Source: Polyangia bacterium
Lineage (GTDB): Bacteria > Myxococcota_A > Polyangia > JAAYKL01
Assembly: GCA_050287845.1 (NCBI GenBank)
Contig: JBNKCR010000055.1
Coordinates: 64,001-128,000 of the forward strand
Direction of reading: 5' to 3'
DNA: 64,000 bases
This document shows, piece by piece, positions 1 through 9,734 of this stretch. Each line of letters opens with the position of its first letter. Position 1 is the stretch's first letter. Position numbers and translations under genes: made by a program. The notes under the pieces were generated by a model, which saw nothing but the letters and a program-made list of their open reading frames with translations, searched no databases and was not told where the DNA came from.

Positions 1-1
1 T

Positions 2-712
2 AAGAGACATGAGGAAAAACGACATCGCCCTCTGGCAGCCGGCATCCTGCCACGGAGCGCCGGCAGCATCGGCTTTTTCGTTTTGTCTGCCGGGGCGCTG
101 GCTCTGACATATGCCACGCTGGGTAGCGTATCCACGCTGATACTCTTCTGTTATCTTACCATGAACCTCGGTTATTCCTTCGGGTTGAAACACATTGTCA
201 TTCTGGATGTCCTGATTATCTCCGCGGGTTTCGTGTTGCGAATTCTTGCCGGCGCCGCTGCCATTTCCCGGCTTCCATCCACGTGGCTCATCCTGTGTGG
301 TGTCACCATTTCCCTTTTTCTTGGCTTTACGAAACGCAAAGCCGAAATTGTGTATCTCGGTGAATCCGCTGCCAGACACCGGAAAGTGCTGGGGCAATAT
401 AATGAGTCTTTCCTGGACCAGGCAATTTCTATCGTAACCGCAGCCACGGTCATCTGCTACATTCTGTATACCGTTGACCCCCTCACCGTTTCCATGGTCG
501 GCAGCCGGATGCTCCTTTTCAGTGTCCCCCCCGTCCTCTACGGTATCTTCCGGTATCTGTACCTGGTCTACCATGAACGTTCCGGCGGTGATCCGACCCG
601 AACCGTATTCACTGATATTCCACTGTTGTTAACGGGGGGCACATGGGCGGTTCTGTGTGCCATCATCATTCTTTTCGGCAGCACCATCGCCGATTTATTC
701 TCAAAGAGCTGA
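2..712 (+). CDS. UbiA-family prenyltransferase, decaprenyl-phosphate phosphoribosyltransferase-like (5' partial)
   Basis: Frame is open from the window start (KRHEEKRHRPLAAG, a UbiA HPxKRxRPLAxG-like motif). Also LKHIVILDV, FVLRILAGA, KRKAE and the C-terminal GDPT..VFTD motif; multiple TM helices. Confidence 0.85.
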   Translation, partial: KRHEEKRHRPLAAGILPRSAGSIGFFVLSAGALALTYATLGSVSTLILFCYLTMNLGYSFGLKHIVILDVLIISAGFVLRILAGAAAISRLPSTWLILCGVTISLFLGFTKRKAEIVYLGESAARHRKVLGQYNESFLDQAISIVTAATVICYILYTVDPLTVSMVGSRMLLFSVPPVLYGIFRYLYLVYHERSGGDPTRTVFTDIPLLLTGGTWAVLCAIIILFGSTIADLFSKS

Positions 713-715
713 ATC

Positions 716-1072
716 ATGGCAAAAGGTTTTATTTTACTGGCGATCGCAGTCATTTTTAACGGCGTGGCCAACGTTCTGATGAAAAAGGGAATGATTGGCA
801 CGGAGTCCCACGAAAGCATTGGAGATGCCATTCGACATTACCTGACTTCCTGGCCCATCATTGCAGGGCTGACATTGTTCGCACTCAATGTCATCGCGTA
901 CACCCAGTCGCTGAGCCGGATTCCGCTCTCAGTCGCGTATCCAATCATGGTTTCACTGACAGGACTGATTGTCATTGGGGGTTCGGTTGTGTTATTCAAG
1001 GAATCGATCAGTAATTATCAGTGGATTGGATTCGCCCTTATCATCGGTGGCGTCGTCCTGGTGGCAAAATGA
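716..1072 (+). CDS. SMR/EamA-type small 4-TM transporter (ArnE/ArnF-like flippase candidate)
   Basis: 118 aa, four hydrophobic helices, IPLSVAYP and LFKESIS motifs typical of SMR/DMT proteins. Confidence 0.8.
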   Translation: MAKGFILLAIAVIFNGVANVLMKKGMIGTESHESIGDAIRHYLTSWPIIAGLTLFALNVIAYTQSLSRIPLSVAYPIMVSLTGLIVIGGSVVLFKESISNYQWIGFALIIGGVVLVAK

Positions 1073-2016
1073 TTAAATTTATACAAAAACTGCTATTCAA
1101 CGTCTCAACGGTCATTTTCACAACCGCGATTCTGTTATTCGGCTGCTACGACTCAGACGAATTTCCAGATTTTCCGGATGAACTCGAAAAAAAGACCGCA
1201 AACTTCGAAAAAATTGCGCCCATCCTGGCGGCGTTGCCCACAGCGAACGAAGCCATGGCGGTGTCGCAAGCCAATTCACCGGACAAGCGCGTTCGAAGGG
1301 CTGCGGCGCTCCGCCTGCTCACCCTCGGCAGCGGTTCGGAAAAAGCGGTGTCCGCTCTCACCCGGCTGGCGCAGAGCGATGAAGTCCCCCGGGTGCGAAG
1401 CGCGGCTGTTCGGGCACTGGGGGCGGTATCCGAAAACGCTGGTGGTGTATCGACGGTAGTCAAAGCCATATGTGATCCGGATCCCAATGTCCGGTTATAC
1501 GCATTGAAGTCCCTGCTGCACCTGGATGCCCGTGCCAACAATGCCATTCTGGAGTTTCTGGCCAACAACGACGAATCCGCCATGCCCTGCCCCACCGAAT
1601 CAAATCCCGGGCATACATTGCAAAAGGAGCTCGTTCACCAGCTTGATGAACAGGGAGCCAAGTTCCTCACGCTCTTTGTTGACGGTCTTTCTCATCCCGG
1701 AACAGAAGTGGTTCTGCAAAGCCTGAAGCAGCTCAGAAAGCTCGGCAGAAGCGCCGCACCGGCGATTCCGGCGCTGATCGCACTCATGGAATCACCGAAT
1801 GACAATATCCGGTTTGAATGTATACAGACATTCACCACCGTTGGAGACCAGCATCCACTGATAATGCCCACACTTTTTGACGTCATTAATGATCCGGGCA
1901 CATCAACCGGTCTGCGGAACGCCGCGAAAAATGCGGTGAAGCGAATTCAGACCCAGCACATCTCCACCAGCAAACAGCCAGCCAACGGCCGCAGAACGCA
2001 GCGTCGTCCCCGGTAA
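1069..2016 (+). CDS. HEAT/PBS-lyase repeat lipoprotein
   Basis: ATG overlaps the upstream stop (ATGA); lipobox LLFGC; repeats such as VRRAAALRL, VRSAAVRALG, DPDPNVRLYA, AAPAIPALI. Confidence 0.75.
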   Translation: MIKFIQKLLFNVSTVIFTTAILLFGCYDSDEFPDFPDELEKKTANFEKIAPILAALPTANEAMAVSQANSPDKRVRRAAALRLLTLGSGSEKAVSALTRLAQSDEVPRVRSAAVRALGAVSENAGGVSTVVKAICDPDPNVRLYALKSLLHLDARANNAILEFLANNDESAMPCPTESNPGHTLQKELVHQLDEQGAKFLTLFVDGLSHPGTEVVLQSLKQLRKLGRSAAPAIPALIALMESPNDNIRFECIQTFTTVGDQHPLIMPTLFDVINDPGTSTGLRNAAKNAVKRIQTQHISTSKQPANGRRTQRRPR

Positions 2017-2332
2017 TCGAAGACCAATAGAACCGCGATACCAATTTACAGTTCAGTTTCTTCAAAAAATCCATTGAACTTTTCGGTCGTGCGGGGCAAC
2101 TCGCACCGGCCAGCCAGCCAATCAGATGTGCGTGAATCCGGATTGATGCGATATTCCTGGCATCCGTTTTTTTCGACAACCATTTCGATCTCCCTGTAAC
2201 AATGCAATATTTCTCCAAACCACTTTTCATGGCACGTCCCTGAAAGCATGGTACATTTCTGTCACCGAATAACAAAACAATGCCGATTTGAGCGTGCATG
2301 AACCAAGCACATCGGCAACAGTGGAGGACAAC

Positions 2333-3151
2333 ATGGAAAGAAGATTTCAGTTCACAGGAACAGGCGGCGGGCTTTTGGGTAAATTTCTGGTGGGAATGAT
2401 ATTGACGGGAATCACCATGGGCATCTACGCCCCCTGGTTTATTGTAAACCTTCAAAAATACATCTGTGAAAATCTCACGCTGAAAACGGAAAATGGTGAT
2501 GTGAAGTTCAGCTTCACCGGAACCGGTGGCAAACTCTTTGGTGTCTACCTGGTCGGCGCCATTCTCACCGGTCTGACCCTTGGAATTTATGCATCGTGGT
2601 TCATGGTGAATATCACCAGATTCTTCGCCGAAAATACACAGGCGCAAAGCGCGGAGGGCAAATCATATACAATTCAGTTCAATGGCAACGGTGCATCCCT
2701 GTTTGGCACGTATTTCGTTGGCGTTCTCCTCACCTGCATCACCTTTGGCATCTACGCCCCCTGGTTTATGGTGAAAGTGACCAGGTTCTTCACAGACAAT
2801 ATGGACATACTGGAAAACAGCACCAAAGTCGGCACATTCGCGTTTACCGGCGAGGGTGGAGAGCTATTTGGAATCTATATTCTGGGGGCGATTCTGAGCA
2901 CCATTACCCTGGGCATCTACTCATTCTGGTTTGCGGTCAACATTATGAAATATTTCAACAACCACACCGACATCTCCCTCAGCGGAAAAACGGTTACGGG
3001 AGATTTCACTGGAACCGGCGGAAATTACTTTGCCATCAATTTCGTCGGCTATCTGCTCACAATGCTCACCATTGGCATCTACGGTGCCTGGTACATGTGC
3101 AACCTGTTGAAATTTCAGTATGAAAACGTTCGCTTCCTCGACAAGGCATAG
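2333..3151 (+). CDS. DUF898/YjgN-like membrane protein with five internal repeats
   Basis: GGAGG RBS before the ATG at 2333; five copies of F-x-G-x-G(G)...L-T-x-I-T-x-G-I-Y-x-x-W-(F/Y). Confidence 0.75.
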   Translation: MERRFQFTGTGGGLLGKFLVGMILTGITMGIYAPWFIVNLQKYICENLTLKTENGDVKFSFTGTGGKLFGVYLVGAILTGLTLGIYASWFMVNITRFFAENTQAQSAEGKSYTIQFNGNGASLFGTYFVGVLLTCITFGIYAPWFMVKVTRFFTDNMDILENSTKVGTFAFTGEGGELFGIYILGAILSTITLGIYSFWFAVNIMKYFNNHTDISLSGKTVTGDFTGTGGNYFAINFVGYLLTMLTIGIYGAWYMCNLLKFQYENVRFLDKA

Positions 3152-3211
3152 TCGACTGGCCATCCAATCCCCCCCCCGGCCAAACCATTCAGCACTTTTT
3201 AAATACCAGTG

Positions 3212-3937
3212 TCAGATACCGGAGCCATCCGTGAAGTTGATACCACAATATGCCGGACCTTTCCGTCCTTCTTCGCGAAGATGTCGCCAACGACCTGCCC
3301 GCGCATCTTCTCCCTCCATCACGGGCGTGGTACAGCACTGACAGCCGATACTGGGATAGCAGAGGCTGTGAAGGGAATGCACCGGCACCTTGTGCTCGCT
3401 CAGGTAATCAGTCACCATATTCCGGGTCCAGTCCGCAATGGGACTCATGTTATACCCTCCAAAACGCGGATCCTCTGAAATGAATTCGATATTCGCACGA
3501 CCATTTCCCTCTTCCCGACGGCGTCCACCAAACACCAGTTGATGCCCTTCCCGCTTTATATATCGCAAAAACGGCTGGCCTTTCCGAATATCACAGCACA
3601 TGGGTTGCCCTTCCGCTGTCCTGTAGAGCTTACACCGATACCGTTCCTCCTGCTGTTCAGGGGTCAACGTGGGATATAATGTTTTAATATTCAGTTTATA
3701 TTTTCGCATAAACTCATCCCGAAGCTGCAGCGTTTCGTGAAAATGGTACCCGGTATCCACAAAAAGTATCTCGTTGTCAGCTCCCAGTTCGTGAAATATA
3801 TGCATCAGCACAGATGCGGTTTTCTGCATACTGGAAAGTAAAACCGCCCTGGTTCCGAATTGAGAAATGCCATATTCAATGCGCTCCAGCGCGTTTTTTT
3901 CTTTCAGTGCTTCATTTGCTTTCCGAATGTCAATCAT
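3212..3937 (-). CDS. cysH: Adenylylsulfate (APS)/PAPS reductase
   Basis: FVDTGYHF.ET, CCDIRK, YPSIGCQCCT and R.GRW motifs; the CC plus CxxC pattern is typical of [4Fe-4S] APS reductases. Confidence 0.9.
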   Translation of the reverse strand: MIDIRKANEALKEKNALERIEYGISQFGTRAVLLSSMQKTASVLMHIFHELGADNEILFVDTGYHFHETLQLRDEFMRKYKLNIKTLYPTLTPEQQEERYRCKLYRTAEGQPMCCDIRKGQPFLRYIKREGHQLVFGGRRREEGNGRANIEFISEDPRFGGYNMSPIADWTRNMVTDYLSEHKVPVHSLHSLCYPSIGCQCCTTPVMEGEDARAGRWRHLREEGRKGPAYCGINFTDGSGI

Positions 3938-4039
3938 CGGTCGTACACTCCGTCTGTTTCCAGGTTACACATCGACGCATGGTCCCGAACATCCACATTC
4001 CGTTCAGTTCGTTTGCGGCGTCTGGATGGCTGATTCGGT

Positions 4040-5800
4040 TCAAACTCCGCATTTGACACAATCGTTGGATTCGAGCTTTCGCATTCGAATGGCCTCGGTG
4101 GGACAAACCCGGAGACACTTACCGCATCGAATGCAGTTGTCGTTGTCAATGTATATGAATGTAGCGTCCTGGGCGCGTTCGGCTTCGAATACCTTCGTGG
4201 GAAACCCGTCTTCATCGAAGAATATCCGCGATGCCTTTTTAATGCAGTCCCGGGGAGCCGCATCAATACACCAGTTGCAATGAATACACTTGTCCTGATC
4301 AATTTCGAACTTGTAATGACACAAATAACACCGGGTAGCCGCATTCTGTGCAATCAACAGAGGAAAACCGGTTTCCACCTCGGCATTGCGCTTGAAGCGA
4401 TCGGCCACATCCGCCATGGGCATCGGCAGTTGAAACTGAATATCATGGTCCCGCAACCGGCCGGTTTCGCCGTCACAATCAGTCAATTCATACTTCACGC
4501 CACGCATCAGACGTTTCACCCCCATCAGATACTCGTCAATCAACAACGCCACGGCTTTGCCGGAAGCAACGGCATTAATCACATCGGCGCTGCCCCCCTT
4601 GAAATCCCCGGAAACAAACAGACCCGGGCGGCTTGTATGACCATCTTCTTCCGATTCCACGCCGAACGGCAACAGGGATTCATCCCGTTTCTGACCGATT
4701 GCAGCAATGAGCACGTCACAGGGAATTTGCACTTCGCTCCCTTCCAGGGGCACAATCTTCGCTTTTGTCCCCAGGGTGCCATCGGCGACCAAATTGCGCT
4801 GCAGCACCAATATTCCCCGTCCATTATCATCCGTTTCGTAGCGAATCGGCGAAAGCAGCGTTCGAATGACGATATCTTCCTCGTCCATCGCCTTGAATTC
4901 ATTTCTATCCGCAGCCATCGATGCTTCGGTTCTGCGATATGCGATGGTTACTTCCGTCCCCGGCTCGCCAATGCGTCTGGCAGCTCTGGAACAATCCACT
5001 GCCGTGAACCCACCGCCAATGACCACCACGTTCCCTTTCAAACTGGTCAACTCACCGCGATTATACCTGCGCATGAAATCAAGACCGCTCACCATAATGT
5101 GTTCCGCGCCGGGAATCGACAGGGTGTTGGTAATGGTGGTGCCTGCTGCCAGCAACACGGCGTCATGGGTTCGGCTATAATTGTCGATGTCTTCGGTTGA
5201 CACGCTGCAATTTGTGTTGATGTTCACGCCACCCTGCTCTATCAGCGAAATCTCCGCAGCCACAATGTCCCGTGGTAATCGAAAGGCCGGGATACCGTCC
5301 ACCAGCATACCACCGGCAACCGGCGCCTTTTCCACCACCGTCACCCCGTGCCCCATCCGCGAGAGCTCCCGGGCGGCACTCAATCCCGCCGGCCCGGCCC
5401 CAATCACCATCACCCTTTTCCCGGAAGGTTCAAAAAGTGGTGGCAAAGCGGTCTGTTTCTCACGAATATTATCGGCTGCATATCGCTTGAGATGACAAAT
5501 CTGTACCGGCCCCTCCACATTCGTCCACTGATGCCGACATGCGTCCTCGCACACGCGCGTGCAAATGCGACCAAGCACCCCGGGAAACACGTTGTCCTGC
5601 TGATTGATGCGATATGCCACATCGGGTTTTCCCTGTGCAATCGCCTCAATATACGCAGGGACGTTGGTCTTTGCCGGGCAAGCCTCCTGACAGGGAATCG
5701 CTTTGGCTATGGTTTTCAAATCCAGCGCTGAAACACCGGTACCGATTTCCACCGTTGATTCCCGAGGTTGTTCTGCCTTGTTATATTTAAACCTCGCCAT
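4040..5800 (-). CDS. GltD/DsrL-like FAD/NAD(P)H oxidoreductase with N- and C-terminal Fe-S domains
   Basis: PCQEACP, GRICTRVCEDAC, GAGPAG, GGGFTAVD...YRR, RCYLC, CIHCNWC and CIRCGKCLRVCP. Start placed at MARFK after a GGAGA RBS. Confidence 0.85.
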   Translation of the reverse strand: MARFKYNKAEQPRESTVEIGTGVSALDLKTIAKAIPCQEACPAKTNVPAYIEAIAQGKPDVAYRINQQDNVFPGVLGRICTRVCEDACRHQWTNVEGPVQICHLKRYAADNIREKQTALPPLFEPSGKRVMVIGAGPAGLSAARELSRMGHGVTVVEKAPVAGGMLVDGIPAFRLPRDIVAAEISLIEQGGVNINTNCSVSTEDIDNYSRTHDAVLLAAGTTITNTLSIPGAEHIMVSGLDFMRRYNRGELTSLKGNVVVIGGGFTAVDCSRAARRIGEPGTEVTIAYRRTEASMAADRNEFKAMDEEDIVIRTLLSPIRYETDDNGRGILVLQRNLVADGTLGTKAKIVPLEGSEVQIPCDVLIAAIGQKRDESLLPFGVESEEDGHTSRPGLFVSGDFKGGSADVINAVASGKAVALLIDEYLMGVKRLMRGVKYELTDCDGETGRLRDHDIQFQLPMPMADVADRFKRNAEVETGFPLLIAQNAATRCYLCHYKFEIDQDKCIHCNWCIDAAPRDCIKKASRIFFDEDGFPTKVFEAERAQDATFIYIDNDNCIRCGKCLRVCPTEAIRMRKLESNDCVKCGV

Positions 5801-7361
5801 ATACAGCTCTCCTGAAATAATCAATTCCCACGCGGCTCACACACTGAGTGAGGTATTCGTTGTCCCTGCGCACCATCAGAAATGCATCCAGAACCAGGGT
5901 TACCACTTCTTCACAATCAGAAAGTTTAAACTCTCCGAGCTTCTGGCCGAATGCGGTCTGCGAGCCGCCAAGCAACACCTCATACCCTTCCACTGACCCT
6001 TCTTCCTCGCGAATCCGCATGCCGCGAAATCCAATATCCGCAATCCGGTATGGCGAACAGGAGTTGGGACAGCCGGTAATATTCACAATGCCGTTGGAAA
6101 GGATGCCCCGATACTTCTCCCTGGAAACCAGCGCGTGAATCTTATCAAAGAGCACCCGGGTCTCCGTCACCGCCTTGGGGCAATAGGTGGTGCCCACGCA
6201 GGTGACGATATCCCGAAGGGTGAAACTTCCGTCGGTCTCATACCCCAGCGCATGGATAGCCTTTTTCAACGGCACCACATCACCGGCAGCCACACCGTGG
6301 AACTCGATATTCTGCCGATTTGTGGTATACAGACGCTGATCTGCGTACTGCTCAGACAACCCGGCTAATTCAAAAAGTCTGCGAAAAGGCAGTTCCCCTT
6401 TGGGCACAATCACCCGAACGGTAAAAAGCCCATCGGTACCTTCCGGGGTATCATGAAGCAGTGGCCGTTCCTCATAGGGCACGCCTTCATCTGTCACAGC
6501 GTCCACCACAAAACCGTCGATGGACTTGCCTTCGGATTTCAGATTTTCAACAACCACGTCCCGGCAAAAATCAATACCTTTTCGCTCCACCACAAACTTG
6601 AGTCTCGACTTCGCCCGGTTGAACCGATCACCGTTTTCCCGAAACAGTATGGCCACAGCACGACACACATCCACAGCGCTCGCCTCCGGAATGAACCCGA
6701 ACAACGGCTTGGCCACAAATGCCTTCCAGCCCATCCCACCGCCAATCACCACTTTGAATCCGGGCTTTCCCTGATATGTCACACCACTTAGCCCGACACA
6801 ATTGATGTGCGGTTGTGCGCAATCCGCACCACATCCCGAGAAATTAATTTTAAATTTGCGGGGCAAATCGTCGAGGTCCCTCGCTGCGCCAAGAACATCT
6901 GAGGTCTTTCTGGCCCACTTTCGCGCATTCAAACGACGAGACGGACAGGTTTCCGCCAGTGGACAGGCGGTCACATTGCGGGTCACGTCCCCACAACCGT
7001 GTCGCGTGGAGTTATTGTACGCTGCCAGATCCCGCATCACATCCGAAAGATTGGGCAGCTTCAGCCAGTGAAACTGCAATGCCTGCCTGGTTGTCACGTT
7101 CACAATCCCCTGACCGTACTTCTCAGCCACCTGGGCAATATTCTTTGCCTGCTCGCTGGTCACCACGCCACCGGGAATAACAATTCGCGCCATATGATTC
7201 CCCGGTTGCCGGCTCTTGTAAATACCGTACCATTTCGCGATACTGGCGTCCGCGGCAGACATCGCCCCCTTCTTGCCAAGTTCATCGAAATCGAGGTACA
7301 TCCCCGATGCTTTGATATCTTCATCTTCGCTTCGCGGTCGAAACGTTAAATTTTTCGGCAT
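5787..7361 (-). CDS. Siroheme-[4Fe-4S] sulfite/nitrite reductase hemoprotein
   Basis: TTRQALQFH, LPRKFK, R.KSRLKF, CVGTTYC and ITGCPNSC; lies between cysK and cysH. Start at MPKNL. Confidence 0.88.
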   Translation of the reverse strand: MPKNLTFRPRSEDEDIKASGMYLDFDELGKKGAMSAADASIAKWYGIYKSRQPGNHMARIVIPGGVVTSEQAKNIAQVAEKYGQGIVNVTTRQALQFHWLKLPNLSDVMRDLAAYNNSTRHGCGDVTRNVTACPLAETCPSRRLNARKWARKTSDVLGAARDLDDLPRKFKINFSGCGADCAQPHINCVGLSGVTYQGKPGFKVVIGGGMGWKAFVAKPLFGFIPEASAVDVCRAVAILFRENGDRFNRAKSRLKFVVERKGIDFCRDVVVENLKSEGKSIDGFVVDAVTDEGVPYEERPLLHDTPEGTDGLFTVRVIVPKGELPFRRLFELAGLSEQYADQRLYTTNRQNIEFHGVAAGDVVPLKKAIHALGYETDGSFTLRDIVTCVGTTYCPKAVTETRVLFDKIHALVSREKYRGILSNGIVNITGCPNSCSPYRIADIGFRGMRIREEEGSVEGYEVLLGGSQTAFGQKLGEFKLSDCEEVVTLVLDAFLMVRRDNEYLTQCVSRVGIDYFRRAVYGEV

Positions 7362-7377
7362 ATGTACTGGTTTCCTT

Positions 7378-8301
7378 TCAGTCCTCGTAGAAAAGAAGCG
7401 TCGATGCGTAGCGTTCACTGGTATCGGGAAACACAGTGACAATCGTCTTTCCGGCAAATTCGGGCCGTACAGAGACTTCAATCGCGGCTTTGGCTGCAGC
7501 CCCGGAGGAAATCCCCACCAGCAGACATTCCTCTCTGGAAATCTGTTTTGCGGTGGCAATCGCATCGGCACTACTGACTTTCACAGCTTCGTCCACCACA
7601 TTCATATCCAGGTTTTTTGGTAAAAAGCCCGCACCGATTCCCTGAATCATGTGGGGTCCGGCCGGTTCCCCCGAAATAACCGCGGACTCCGCAGGTTCCA
7701 CCGCGATCACTTTCAGCTGCGGATTCTTTTCCTTCAGATATTTGCCTGCGCCGGAAATAGTCCCCCCCGTTCCAACCCCCACCACCAGAACATCCACCTG
7801 ACCACCGGTTGCCTTCCAGATTTCCGGTCCAGTCGTTTTATAGTGAATCCTCGGGTTGGCCGGATTCTCGAACTGCTTTGGCATGTAGCCACCAAGCTCT
7901 TCCACCAGCTTCGTCGCTTCTGAAATAGCGCCGAGCATCCCTCCCCGCGCCTCGGTCAACACAATTTCTGCACCCAGTGACCGCAACATTTTCCGACGCT
8001 CCAGACTCATGGATTCCGGCATAGTGAGCACCACCTTGTAGCCTTTCAATCTGCCAACCATTGCAAGACCAATACCGGTATTCCCCGAAGTTGGCTCCAC
8101 AATGGTCATGCCCGGCGTAAGGCCGCCATATTTCTCGGCTTCCTCTATCATGGAAAGCGCGATCCGGTCTTTCACGGATGATCCCGGATTGAACATTTCC
8201 AGCTTTGCAAAAATAATTACATCCTCAGGAACAATACGCTTCAATGCCACCATTGGCGTGCTCCCAATCAGACCTGTTATATTCGTCAATTTTGCTCGCA
8301 T
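7378..8301 (-). CDS. cysK: Cysteine synthase A
   Basis: NPGSSVKDRIA (PLP lysine), EPTSGNTGIGLA, GVGTGGT and HMIQGIGAG. Confidence 0.96.
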   Translation of the reverse strand: MRAKLTNITGLIGSTPMVALKRIVPEDVIIFAKLEMFNPGSSVKDRIALSMIEEAEKYGGLTPGMTIVEPTSGNTGIGLAMVGRLKGYKVVLTMPESMSLERRKMLRSLGAEIVLTEARGGMLGAISEATKLVEELGGYMPKQFENPANPRIHYKTTGPEIWKATGGQVDVLVVGVGTGGTISGAGKYLKEKNPQLKVIAVEPAESAVISGEPAGPHMIQGIGAGFLPKNLDMNVVDEAVKVSSADAIATAKQISREECLLVGISSGAAAKAAIEVSVRPEFAGKTIVTVFPDTSERYASTLLFYED

Positions 8302-8486
8302 CTGACTTCCCTGTTATTGAGTTTTCCAGTTACTATTACTCCTATTTAAGTATTTATATACCCCTTTGCTGATAAGTAAAGGAGCATTTAAAAAAAACCG
8401 ATACATCAATTCTGGATATACCCCCCGAATCCACACATACACCGCGCTGTCACATTTGGCCCCGGTAAAACACGTATCTCAGGAAT

Positions 8487-8840
8487 TCAGCCTCCGGACT
8501 TAAATATAATAATGTAAGAATTCAGCGCCTTTTCAATGGGCACAACATGATTGGCGGATACATTTTTCTCAAACAACGGATACCAGGGTTCATTCTGAAC
8601 CAGCGAGCTGGAACGTATAACTTCGGGAACAAATAGATCTATGGCCAGATATTTTACTCCCAATGCTTTCCGCTCTGGACCAAACGTGCAACCACGCCAG
8701 TCTTCGGTAAAATACAGGCCATTGTGTATCGCACCTCCATACAATGACACACCCCATTTACCATCCACCGGATGTGGTTGGCGCGCCAGCACCTTTGCTG
8801 CCATATCGCCTTCTGTCTGTTTCGGTCGTTCGGTAACCGT
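8487..8840 (-). pseudogene. Probable C-terminal remnant of a hypothetical protein
   Basis: 105-aa ORF with protein-like composition (VSLYGGAIHN...TFGP...YLAIDLFVPE). An in-frame stop lies 12 codons upstream of the ATG and there is no clear RBS. Confidence 0.35.
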
Positions 8841-9026
8841 TCACTGGTCCCAGCAGGCAAAGCGCGGTAAATGCCAACAGGGGACGCTCCATGGGGGAGG
8901 TTGGCTGCATTCGATACACCCACTTTCTCTGATTCGCTTGTTGCTCGCTATCCACAGGCGGACTGCAATAACATCCCCAGTAACCATCCTGTTAAAAAAT
9001 TATGCGGATAGACCCCATTATTGAAC

Positions 9027-9437
9027 TTATACCTGCCTGCGCAACCATGCCATCGCAAACTCGGGGTCTTTGTGGTAAGTCGCAATGACCCCGCGTCTTT
9101 CATACTCCTGTACCATTTTTTCGATATTCATCTTTCCAGTCACTCTTTCCGGCAGCACCATGGCCCAGTATTTCCACCCTGAGGCCAGCATCCTTGGCTG
9201 CCAGAATTTATCGCCCCATTCCTTGTCCGCAGGCAGTACGGCACCGAACTTCCGGTCATCGGATAACCATTTGGTGCACTTGTTTTTCTCGAAAGCCTCA
9301 AGACTGGTCGTCAACATTCCTCTGAAGATTTCGCCATAACAGTACTTGTGAAACTGGTGGTAAATAATGCCATCAACCGGATAGCACCAGACCGTAACAT
9401 ATTCGTTATCAATAATAATCGTCCTTGAATCAGACAT
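9027..9437 (-). CDS. Hypothetical protein (STAS/SEC14-like small domain)
   Basis: GGAAGGAG RBS; KWLSDDR, DxEWxxxxWxPR, GWKYWAMVLP and C-terminal AMAWL pattern. Confidence 0.7.
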   Translation of the reverse strand: MSDSRTIIIDNEYVTVWCYPVDGIIYHQFHKYCYGEIFRGMLTTSLEAFEKNKCTKWLSDDRKFGAVLPADKEWGDKFWQPRMLASGWKYWAMVLPERVTGKMNIEKMVQEYERRGVIATYHKDPEFAMAWLRRQV

Positions 9438-9734
9438 CAACTGCTCCTTCCATTTAAACACATCGCAACGCGATTACTTTGCCTTTAATATTTTATATAC
9501 CAATTATTGTGGGCGAATGAAAAATTTTGAAGTATCTGTCGGTTCATTTGACAGCCGAAGTATAAAACACCCGTTCTACTGCAACCATCACCACTGATCC
9601 ACGAAACGGCTTGTGCCCGATTTTTTTTAAAATTATGGCATATGAGAGTAAATACAGTATGAATAAATTGTGATTTATTTTATACAGCTGTCTGGGGATG
9701 GATTGGAAATGGACCGTATACGCAGGTATGACAC

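Noticed and set aside
2230..2245. TGGCACG sigma54-like -24 box upstream of the DUF898 gene
   Set aside because: There is no GC at the required -12 spacing.
3934..4353. 139-aa minus-strand ORF between the oxidoreductase and cysH
   Set aside because: It mostly overlaps the oxidoreductase in another frame and has no recognisable motifs.
7362..7571. 70-aa N-terminal extension of the sulfite reductase in the ORF track
   Set aside because: It overlaps cysK in another frame; an AAAGGA RBS supports the start at 7361.
8310..8400. Shared sulfur-regulon (Rrf2/CymR-type) operator upstream of cysK and cysC
   Set aside because: Both regions are AT-rich, but I could not identify a convincing common palindrome by eye.
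8838..8846. In-frame TGA upstream of the 105-aa ORF as possible selenocysteine
   Set aside because: The frame upstream of the TGA is not protein-like and has no redox motif; gene decay is more likely.
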